Assembly: GCA_918797485.1 (NCBI GenBank)
Contig: CAKKNE010000003.1
Location: 3,348,001-3,412,000, forward strand
From: Pelagomonas calceolata
Taxonomy: Eukaryota
Reading direction: 5' to 3'
Length of the DNA stretch: 64,000 nt
Shown: in pieces, positions 54,644 through 64,000 of the stretch
Numbering within the stretch: position 1 is the stretch's first letter
How the letters are laid out: each line of letters starts with the position of its first letter
Made by a program: the position numbers and the translations under genes
The notes under the pieces: model-generated
The model's database searches: none
Told to the model about the DNA's origin: nothing
The model's input: only the letters and a program-made list of their open reading frames with translations

Positions 54644-56317
54644 TCAGAAATATGTTCCATCCTCGCCCCCGTGATCCGGCGGTACCTTGCGATGGAATGC
54701 TCGTATTTCATTGTAAAGCATTTTCTGTAGGCAAGCCTTGTTGAGCTTTGTTGCCTCGATATCATCAACCTTAACATGAAAACCGGCATCTTGCTCGAGC
54801 TCATACTCACGAAAGTCTTCGACGTACTTATGTTTGAGTGCCCCGCGAAGAGAGATGCGACCTTTTGGGTTGAACACAAGCATGCGCGCAAGAAGATTCA
54901 GAGCATCAACATCTTCAACTTTGGGAAATTTTATTTGGAAGTTTTGGGACTTATAATCAGGGAGCTGCAGCATAAAATTCATTGCGTTTTGATTGGAGAC
55001 AAACCAGAGATCTGCTTTACGTGGGCGGCCCAGTAATTTGACAATGAGCTTCAGTTGGTGAATGTAATCATTTCCAGGAAATACAGGCTGTAAAAGAAGC
55101 ATTTCACCGAAGATACATCCAATCGACCACATGTCGATTGCCTGGTCGTACGCATGGAAGCCAAGCATGATTTCAGGTGCCCGATACCATCTAGTGACTA
55201 CATATTCGGTATATTCTTGTGACAAGACTCCATCTACTTCATTATCACTTTTTGTTATCGTATTATCATCGATCGCCTCCTTTTGACCAGTGGTGCCTCG
55301 CGCCAAACCAAAATCACATATCTGTAGGTTGCATGTTTGAATATCAATCAGTAAATTTGATGGCTTAAGATCCCGATGGAGGACAGATGAGGAATTTATG
55401 TAGTTCATACCAGCAAGTAACTGATAAACAAGATACTGCATTTGCTCGCCGGTGAGTTTTGTCTTGGAATACAAAATTTTCTGTAGGTCAGTTGACATCA
55501 GCTCCGTAACAATATATAAATCTTCGAATCCTTCGATATATGGTGGTTCCATGATATCATAAAGTTTAACGACGTTCGGATGATTAAATTGACGCATTAG
55601 TCGCACCTCGCGCAGCATGCGCTTTGCATCTACCATGTCCTCGAATGCGTTTGCCACCTTTTTTATTGCAACCTTTTTGCCGGTCAAGACCTATGGGCGT
55701 TTACGTGAATAGGAATCAGACATGAACTTTTACATCATCTGCGGCAACAACGAATCCATACGCCCCCGACCCGACTTTGTTTAACAGTTTATACCTGGAG
55801 AAGAGAACATACGGATGTAAATGGTAATCCAATTAGAAGGCACTGACTGCACTTTGGGTCAACAAACCAATCAGTGCCAGAAAACTGAGGGTGTGTCGTG
55901 GTAAATACGATAGGTGGATTAAAATACACACGTGTACCATTGTTTGGCTAACAACTATCGATATGCAATCACGAAGGCATTTTATCCACCTGTCACGGTT
56001 TTCGTGCGTCTCCGAGGCCACTTTAAGTGCGCGGCCTGCCATACATTGTAACGTCACATTGTGTTCATACTACCTTTCAAGATTACTTGGAATGCATGCG
56101 GCCTGCCAAGGAGCAAGTCGACTTTTGTATCCGAAGTTAGCACAAGTGTTGCTCTGGCGGTGTCACTAAGATGGGTCTTTTCGTCCTTGAAGTATGTCAG
56201 TTGCGCTGGTTTTGTTCCGCTCTGACACAAAATAAAATAGCGCTTTTGCCATCTCATCCCACCCTTTTTTTGCAACATCCCCTCGCACTTGATATCTTGT
56301 TCAGAGCACAGAGCCAT
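54644..56317 (-). CDS. PH-domain-containing MAP kinase (TEY activation motif), multi-exon
   Basis: N-terminal EGMLQKKGGMRWQKRYFIL...RDRWIKCL (PH), spliced to GSGAYG, VAIKK, HRDLKPSN, DFGLAR and TEYVVTRWYRAPE. Confidence 0.9.
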
Positions 56318-57170
56318 TTTCAAGGGCTCGGACAGGATATATCCCAATTCAACTATAAGATTATTTCATAAGATTATTTCACGCAAAAATACCGTCAAAG
56401 CCATATCTTCCCATCCAGCCCCACTAGCCCCACTGCCCCACTTTCTAATATCGGTGTCTATACTGTTGTTCCAACATTCACGCCGACACGGGCAGCACCA
56501 CTGGCAGTAGCCTGAGTGTCTCAGGCTCCCGTCGCAGCCTGAGCCTGAGCCTACTAGCCTCCTGAGGCCGGGACCGTGACCAGGCAGGAGGCATTGCTCG
56601 ACACCCCGGGCTTGCCCGGGTTCAAGTTATGGCCCGGGCCCGGCCCGGGGCCCACAAGGTTCCGCCTACTGACGAAGAGGTTTAGCAAAAGTTAGTAATG
56701 CCAGTGGTTAAAAGCAACAGAAAGAAAGGAACTTGAAGTCGCGGAGCAATTTGAAATCGTCACCGAGACTCGGATCAAGCAATGGAACAAGCCTGAGATG
56801 CCATGAACGGTTTAGTACAATCCTTCAAGTTGCTCTCTAATGAATGACACGGAGAACTTGGCCCTTGAAAATGACATCATCCGGGACTTCGTAGTCAAAG
56901 TTTCATTACACGAGTCGCTCGGCCATCAGACCGGGTCCCGTTCGGGGACGCCACCCCCAAAATTGGTCGCGGCAAGATTATTTGACATAACGTTTTATTG
57001 ACGAGCTTAGCCCGGGCGAAAACACCTCCGTCGAGGAGCGTTTTATCGTCGAGTTCTGGTTCGATCCAGATATTGATGCAACCGGAGCCTGGATGGCCGG
57101 AGACACGGCTATTGGGAGCCGACTTCGGACGGTATACTGTTTCCTGCACTACGTACTGCTTCCCTACGGC

Positions 57171-57218
57171 GCTTGTTCCCTATTTTAGGTCTTCCTTAAT
57201 TTGGTCTTCCTTATTATT
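57171..57218 (+). repeat. Third, shortest 3'-end copy of the LINE
   Basis: GCTTGTTCCCTATTTTAGGTCTTCCTTAATT resembles 24674-24705. Confidence 0.7.
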
Positions 57219-57696
57219 CTCATGCGCGAGCAGCCAACGGCGCGTGCGGAGTGTTGCGGAAAGCGGAGTGGCGAGAGGCAGAGCTTGCACTCGTTCATGA
57301 TGCCTACCGCTAGGATCATGCGCCCCGTGCGATGCGCCGCCCCAGGGTTTTTGGAGCCTTAAGGTTGCCCAAAACTAACTCTCCGCTGGCAAAGTTGGCC
57401 CGGCGGTGGGCGTCACACGAACATGAAGAGGGAAGAGACTTGAAGGTCACCTAGGTGCTTTGACCGTGACGACTTCTAGTACTATAGAACCCTACATCCC
57501 AACTCATCCAGACGATCATCAAACTGCCACGGTGCCTCATGGTGGACCACTAGTGCTGGAATAATCCGGTTGGAATTGCCAGTGAATTGGAAAAGAAATC
57601 GGTTGTGGCTAAAGTGCACTACCAGGCCCCGGTCTGTAGGGACCGTAGTGCACTTGCTTGAGCGTGCAATGAAGGCCAATAGTAGCTGCTAAAACC

Positions 57697-58998
57697 TCAA
57701 GTCCTGATTGTCCCAGCAGTCGCTGAATACATCATATTCGTCAGTGATGAGACAAGAGACGCCTTTAGCCCTGGATTGAAGCGATGAATGCGTTGCACGT
57801 ACATCAAAAAAGTATTGCAAATATCAAAAGTAGACTGTCGCAACTCCATCTCGATGGTCAGCAGCGCGGATAGTCTTAGCTGATTAAAACACATGAGAAT
57901 ATCATTAATGACTCTAATGAGGTCTTGTCTAATGCGAATCAACCCAATTACGTTCGTTGCCTGGGAATAATTTTTTGACAACTCAAATAACAGATAGCAT
58001 TGTCTTCTTGACTCCCGCGATTTGGTCAGTATGCAATGCAGCAACATCGAAGAAAATAAGGCACCGATGCGATTCAAGGAAGCACTGCACCGAAAGCAGG
58101 TCTCTGACCCAGGGCGCAAATTTATCGAATGGTCCCGAAACAACCTTGAGATTTGAACTCTCAGGGTCATGAGTGTGTGTCGGTACAACCACGAGACCAG
58201 CAATACGCTTGCCCCATACTGTAGGGGGAAATTTGATGTTGGTGGTCTAACTTCATTCCTGCGGGAACTGCAGAATGCTGCATGAAAAAGAGTACTCCTT
58301 TCAATCCAAAATACTTTATTCCTCTCGCTGGTACAGGTCCAAATTGAAGGTGCTGATTCTGGGCCAATATTCACATGCTGATGGGGACGAAAGAATGCTT
58401 CGTGCTGTAAAAAGTGCTGATCAGCAACACTTGCATTTCTTTGATTGTTGTAGACTGAATCGAATTTATTCAGTTTGGACAGATATTCAATGGAGACTGA
58501 GAGGTGAAAATTTTCGTTTAATGATTTCACAGCCGTCGCTCGCATTACTAGAGCAGATTCAACAATCCCTGATGTCACATCGGCCACCAGCCAATTGAAA
58601 CGCTTTGAGTGTATATGATGCTCGAGCACTTGGGATACTTTTATGAGTGGAATGACATCTTTCTGTTGCCGCACGGCGCACTGGTTAAATAGGTACTTGG
58701 CCTCCAGCAAATTTAGGAGATCATAATTTCTTGCCTCCGTGCGTCTGATTCGATTCAGGTCGGCGTGAGTCAGCGAAGCGACCGGCGTTAATTCACTGAC
58801 AATACTTAGTAGTTTAGTGCATATGTGAGATAGGTTCAGCGATAAGGGACAGAGAGTTTCCGAGATTGTTTTGGTTTGGATTGCCCGCGAGCTTGTTCTC
58901 AGATCTAAAAATGACGCCCGTTTGATTTCTTTGTTTGCGGCGTTTAACTGATTGCTTATTTTTGCTGCTTTTGGTGGGTGTTTCGAACGATCCCCCAT
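57697..58998 (-). CDS. Hypothetical protein
   Basis: 433-aa ATG-initiated ORF with composition like neighbouring genes; no domain recognised; may splice on to 57482-57679. Confidence 0.55.
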   Translation of the reverse strand: MGDRSKHPPKAAKISNQLNAANKEIKRASFLDLRTSSRAIQTKTISETLCPLSLNLSHICTKLLSIVSELTPVASLTHADLNRIRRTEARNYDLLNLLEAKYLFNQCAVRQQKDVIPLIKVSQVLEHHIHSKRFNWLVADVTSGIVESALVMRATAVKSLNENFHLSVSIEYLSKLNKFDSVYNNQRNASVADQHFLQHEAFFRPHQHVNIGPESAPSIWTCTSERNKVFWIERSTLFHAAFCSSRRNEVRPPTSNFPLQYGASVLLVSWLYRHTLMTLRVQISRLFRDHSINLRPGSETCFRCSASLNRIGALFSSMLLHCILTKSRESRRQCYLLFELSKNYSQATNVIGLIRIRQDLIRVINDILMCFNQLRLSALLTIEMELRQSTFDICNTFLMYVQRIHRFNPGLKASLVSSLTNMMYSATAGTIRT

Positions 58999-59213
58999 TG
59001 AGGAGCGAATGAAAAACGAAGCGTTTCAATTGGTGTGACAGAGCCCACGGTAGCACCAAAAGCCGAGATTAGGGATTTTGGAAATAAAAGCGCATTTCAA
59101 CGTAAGATCACGTACCGAGGAGGGGGGGCGCCGGGTTTTGGCTCCGCGGCTATAGCGGCGCCGCGTCGAAGATTTTATGCGCAAAAACCGGTCAGGGGGC
59201 GTATCTAGGCCTA

Positions 59214-60928
59214 ATCTTAATTCACACAAAGTTTGAGAAAAAATCACGAGGTTTGACAGATGTTAGGCACAAAATCACGTACTAGAAAATTCACAAAAAT
59301 TGCCTCCGCGCGTATTCCAGCCGTTGGGGGCCTCTACGCTGGCCCATGGGTGGGTCCGAACCGTTCGGACCGCTCAAAACCTCCACAACGCCGACATTCA
59401 GTGGGCCGAACGCGGCGTCGAGGCCGACTTCGTGGAGCCCAAATGGTGCCTTCCGGGCCGATTGAACCAAAACTGTGGCCACGGAGCATCTATAAGGATC
59501 GTATGCGATGGCCCGCGCACGTCAACGGGCTCGCCGCGGCGATTCGATGACATCGCGCCAGCCCATCGGCGCACCCCGAAATGCGCCATCGGATGCCGCA
59601 GCCGAACGGGCCTTATTGTTCGCTCCGGCCGTTCGACGTCGTTCGGTAGGTCCCCACGCTTGGTCCCGCGCTCGGGTTGACCGTCTCGCGCCGCGGGAGG
59701 AGCCGTCGGGAGAGGGCAGCCCTTTGCCCACTGCACTGCGCGCCGGCGTCGCCCTTTCCCACCCCCAAAAGCTGGGATGTTGGGGTCCGGGGGGTGCTCT
59801 GGCCGCACGCCGGTTTTTGCGCATATAACTTTTCAAGGGGCCGCGAACGAGCGCCCTCAATTCACGCCACTGAGACCCCGCAACCCCCTTCCTGAGGGCC
59901 GGCCTCGGAGGCTCCTCGGGCCGCCGACGGGAAGCCTCAAATCGCCAGCGGCGCATGCCAAAAGTTCAGCTAAACAAAGCTAAACGCGCAGCGCGAAGGG
60001 TGGTGGACGCCCCCAATTCACCGGTCACCGCGCCTGTTGCAGCAGAAGCGCGGCCGCAGCACGTCGCCCGTGGTTCCAGCTCCTGGGAGCGAGAGGGGCT
60101 GCCCATTTGGCTGCACATACTGCCCTCTCAGCCGCCGAGATTGCAAGAGTTAGGCAGACGATCGACGATTTTTGCTCCATCGCCATGCCTACTGACGATA
60201 ACGGCCGATGGTTCGCCTAACTGTTGAGATTTCGAGCCCACGGAGGCGCCGCGACGCGCTCCAGGCATTGCTGCTCCCCGTCGTCCTCAACACAGCCCTC
60301 CAAGCCCCTCGTATGCACACCATGGTGGCTGAGAAGGCCCCTGCCAAATCTCGCGACCCACGGGCGCGATTTTCGCCTGAAGCCAGCTCTGAAGCCGCGT
60401 TCTCGCTGTAAACGCGGACCACGCATAGACTGACATCCCACGTATCGGTGCCCCTGTTTAGTGTTTTAAATCGTCCGCGGCCACATGTTTTACGATGTCC
60501 GACACTGCGGTGGCCCGATCGGCTCGAAACGGCGCCAAAAAAGACGATCGCATGGCTTTTTGCATGGTTTTGGCCGTTTTCTCGGCGAAAGGCAGTCCTA
60601 TTGCTGCCGCGTTTTTTGCAACGCGTAGCCCGGCTGCCCGTGCCCACGACGTACACTAAGTGTTTTGCACGAGAATGCCCGCGCGCCGAGTCACGGGCGG
60701 CATTAGGCGCCTTTGTTTAGCAATTCCTAAATCCTAGTATGAAGCTACCGTGACGCGTGGGGGTCCCTAGCATAAGCTTATTCTAGGGTGGTGCCAAGAA
60801 AGGGGCAACTTATTCATCTTAATTCACCCGAAGTTTGGGACAAAATCACGAGGTTCGTCAGTCAAGTTCCGAGACCGGCAGCTGTTCGGGACAATTTGCA
60901 CACTAGAAACAAAAATCGGGGGCCTCTA
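59214..60928. repeat. GC-rich 1.7-kb block bounded by diverged direct repeats of about 120 bp
   Basis: ATCTTAATTCAC..AAGTTTG..AAAATCACGAGGTT..ACTAGAAA..GGGGGCCTCTA at 59214-59336 and 60816-60928. Confidence 0.6.
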
Positions 60929-60995
60929 TGCTGGGCGTGTGTGGCATTAGATGCCACATTCGACTGTTGTCTCACACGCGTTGAAACAATTACTA

Positions 60996-63392
60996 CTAGT
61001 ACCATTGGGCAGTCGTACTTCTAAGATTCATGATGGCAATCTTAAAAAGACCCGTGGCTATTGGATAGCTAAAACATTTCTTGAAACGGCGTATCAGCTC
61101 ATGAACGACGAGCTTGCAATCGCCATGGCACGCAAAACTATCATCCTTCTTATAGGAGGGGGCATATTTTGCAGACCAATCCAACTCAACGACGCGAGCA
61201 TTAGATGCATGCGTGCATGTTTTTTTAGGGAATCTATTGAGCCTGGCGGTCCTTATTTCATGAATGTTGTCTCCGGGACTCTGAGGCTTGGGGTCAACTA
61301 CAATGTCTTGTATATTGCCTATCAGACTCTGGCGAACTTGCCCTTGCCAAGACCCAAGGCCGTTTGGAGCATCAACCGTGAGAATGCGAGAGTAACCCCC
61401 CCAGCCAAGGATGGAACCGGCCTTTACTCTATACTGGGTAATCGTTGCTTGCGCGTCTAAAGTTGCCTCGTCTCCTGCAGAGAGTTGCGGTCCTAAATAG
61501 ATTCGACGCCATTTCCCCCAGGTCCCAGGCAAAGCGCCTGCTCGGCGGGCTTGCAAAAGGTAACGATTGATCGGCGCACCATGACAGTGGGGTTTATCCC
61601 AGGAAACGCGAAGGAATGGTGCCCGATGACCAATCGTGGACACAAAATGAGAAACCACGCCAAGAGGTACCATGGGTGCATCAGGCACTTTTGGTTTTGT
61701 TTCAACTTCCACAGGAACAGAAGTTGCAACACCAGAGACAGTTTGCAGTCGGAGACGGAAGAAATACCGTAGACCTGGTGAGAGAATTTGCGTGAGGCAA
61801 AAGGCTCCCCTGCTATGTGCGATGGTCTGAAATGTGCAAGCCATTGGATGGGTTTTGGAATCAAGCTGTGTGCCGGATAGTCCCTGGTTTTGGTCTGACG
61901 AGCACCCTCTTTGTTCAATAAAACGGAGAGCTCTCGATGATGCTACCTCGAGCGTGAATTCAACAGGGAGAAGCGACATAGCGGGATGAACATTTGAAAT
62001 ATCGAAAGCACCATCCCAAGATATGCGTGCACGATCGAGGACCGAGCATGATCTTGCAACGAGGGATACGGTAGGCGGAAGCGGTGATAATAGAACGAGA
62101 GCGGCTTTTCCGATGTGCGCTAGAAGTCTGCACGGCACTGAAGCAGATGGTACACGTAGAAGCCGAACAGTTCTACAAGTCCCTGGGAGTGTGCAATAGG
62201 AAACACCACTTTCAAAGCCAACGGCACAAAGGTCTAGCGCTGGGGCAAATGTAGTGAATGTAGTCAGGTATGTGTCTGTTTGGCATGAGTAAATTTGGAT
62301 TTGGTAAGCAGGAGGTTCCTGTTGCTTGATACCCAGAGCGCATGACCAAGATAGTTTGAGACATGGTGGCTGCGACACGCGATTACTGGCCATGCCACGG
62401 ATTATTGGAGGATTTGGCAAAGTTGCTACTTCAAGGACATTTGACGTGTCCCAGTAAAAATGACTGGCGCCAAGCGCACGAAGGTCGATGCTACAGTGCA
62501 TCCTTATACCGCACCTTGTATCTGCCGGAATTCCAAGCACTGCAACAGTATCACCAATGGGTAGAGTTTGCTCACTGGCCCGTCGTTGTAATCTTTGAAA
62601 TGATGCCACTCCCTCACAACGTCCTTCTACATACTTTCGAGACTTGAGCTTTAGTGATGCAAGCACACTGCATGCATCCGTCTCATTGGGAAGGCTGAGA
62701 GTCACTTCATTGCTTCCCGCTATGCACGAAAGCAGAGTTGGTGGTTCTAAACCAGTAAACCAACGCACAGGTGACGATTTGGCTGATTTGACAGTCTCAT
62801 TTCCAGAGAGACCTTCGCCTGCACCAAAGGATTCTGTCTGAAGTGTGATCAGGTATTCTGTGTTCATCAAGAATTGTGGGAATGCCGCCAGGAGTGCCCG
62901 TGTGCCGTTTTCACTTGTGAAATTGCACCACTTCAGAGTGGTCCTGCTTTCCGGCTCAGTTTCTACGTTGCCAGTTCGCGATATACGTTGCCAGCTCGCG
63001 ATATACCGGATGTCTGATTGCTGATCTGGTGCTGTCACATCAGTTGAGACACTTGGGAAAGCTTCGCAATCCCACAGTATGCAAACATTTCGACCCATGC
63101 CCAGAACCGATGGAGCTGGCGGTGGCGTTAATATTATAATTGATGTTTTGGCATAAGGTACTTGCCCCAACTTATCGGCCAATCGAAACATATACTGAGC
63201 GCCTCGCACGGGTAAGCATACCTCCCAGCCTTCTTTCAAGGAGTGCACATTCTCCCATTGCGCCTCGCCGGGCAGCCGCGTCTGCAGCATGGGCTCCTCC
63301 GGAGTATCTTGAGCCTGAAAAAACACGGTGCCGGCCGCTAATCGTTCCACAATCAATCGCATGATTGAACAGGCGCTGTGGATACGATACAC
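60996..63392 (-). CDS. Fibronectin type III repeat protein
   Basis: 798-aa ORF with FN3-like units (PDAP..LRVSWDKPHCHGAPINRYLLQ..YRVKAGSILGWGGYS; LSPGLRYFFRLR). Ends uncertain. Confidence 0.7.
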   Translation of the reverse strand: MYRIHSACSIMRLIVERLAAGTVFFQAQDTPEEPMLQTRLPGEAQWENVHSLKEGWEVCLPVRGAQYMFRLADKLGQVPYAKTSIIILTPPPAPSVLGMGRNVCILWDCEAFPSVSTDVTAPDQQSDIRYIASWQRISRTGNVETEPESRTTLKWCNFTSENGTRALLAAFPQFLMNTEYLITLQTESFGAGEGLSGNETVKSAKSSPVRWFTGLEPPTLLSCIAGSNEVTLSLPNETDACSVLASLKLKSRKYVEGRCEGVASFQRLQRRASEQTLPIGDTVAVLGIPADTRCGIRMHCSIDLRALGASHFYWDTSNVLEVATLPNPPIIRGMASNRVSQPPCLKLSWSCALGIKQQEPPAYQIQIYSCQTDTYLTTFTTFAPALDLCAVGFESGVSYCTLPGTCRTVRLLRVPSASVPCRLLAHIGKAALVLLSPLPPTVSLVARSCSVLDRARISWDGAFDISNVHPAMSLLPVEFTLEVASSRALRFIEQRGCSSDQNQGLSGTQLDSKTHPMACTFQTIAHSRGAFCLTQILSPGLRYFFRLRLQTVSGVATSVPVEVETKPKVPDAPMVPLGVVSHFVSTIGHRAPFLRVSWDKPHCHGAPINRYLLQARRAGALPGTWGKWRRIYLGPQLSAGDEATLDAQATITQYRVKAGSILGWGGYSRILTVDAPNGLGSWQGQVRQSLIGNIQDIVVDPKPQSPGDNIHEIRTARLNRFPKKTCTHASNARVVELDWSAKYAPSYKKDDSFACHGDCKLVVHELIRRFKKCFSYPIATGLFKIAIMNLRSTTAQWY

Positions 63393-63521
63393 GCGCGGTC
63401 ATATCCGTCGCAAGTTGTACTATGTCCAGCGAAGGGTCCAACTAATGCAACTTATCCCCGCCACTGGTGTGTATAAGTGCCAGTGTATATAGGAAGCCTC
63501 AGTTAAAGGGTATAGGATACC

Positions 63522-64000
63522 GGGGGGGGGGGGGGGGGGGGGGGTAATTTCCGAGTCATCCTTTCAAAGTTCCGAGTCAAGTCAACTTGCCAGTGAAATT
63601 GAATCGCACCGTCACCGTCACCGTCACCGTCACCGTCACCGTCACCGGCGTCCGAGTCACGGTGTCAGTGACTCTCGGCGGGCCCAATCGCACCATTGGC
63701 CGTCACCGTGACCGGCGGGCCCCGGGCCCGGCCCGGGGTCCTTGAACTTGAAGTTTTTATGAGCCTGATCATGATAGAAACATTGGAGGTAGAGACTAGT
63801 CGCCCATTCTAATCCTTCGAGCACGTCACGGTCTTATATATGCGTGATTCAAGTTCAAGTTGGATCATGATGTATGAAGTTTCAAGTTCAAGTTCAGACT
63901 GCAGTCACGGTGGCCGCTGCGGGCCCGATCCCACTGCAGGATGTGGCGGCCGCGGTGCGCTCGAAACCTCGGGTGCCCGGGGCCCGAATAGTCACGGTCT
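63522..64000. repeat. Poly-G run, (CACCGT)n microsatellite and dense octamer-word cluster
   Basis: G23 at 63522-63544; six full CACCGT units plus a partial one at 63607-63647; AACT[TG-CCAG-TG]AA 63584-63597; many TTCAAGTT, GTCACGGT, ATCATGAT and GGCCCGGG words. Confidence 0.85.

Overview
Eukaryotic nuclear DNA, about 50% GC, gene-dense, with short (about 40-75 bp) spliceosomal introns. Gene content and splice-site style suggest a flagellated stramenopile, possibly a pelagophyte (inference). About 17 protein-coding genes are supported: gamma-COP, B9D2, CFAP43, TRM6, Rab5, Rab6, MCM2 (23 introns), a PH-MAPK, two SANT proteins, a C2-pseudokinase, a glycosyltransferase-sulfotransferase fusion, an EGF/Calx-beta/PA14/filamin protein and others. 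There are also two decayed genes, a hAT MITE, a TIR element carrying a nested LINE fragment and several dispersed repeats. The most striking signal is intergenic. These regions are dense in octamers that all obey one rule, XY-C-revcomp(XY)-G-XY (AACTTGAA, GACTCGGA, ACCGTGAC, CACTGGCA, AGCCTGAG, GGCCCGGG, ATCATGAT, TACTAGTA and others). The words nest inside one another, show up as clean +6 bp insertions when repeat copies are compared, and one creates the stop codon that breaks a LINE ORF. This fits a massively repeated, stereotyped hairpin-type excision footprint of a transposon with a 2-bp TSD and C...G ends. Exon boundaries were read by eye and are approximate.
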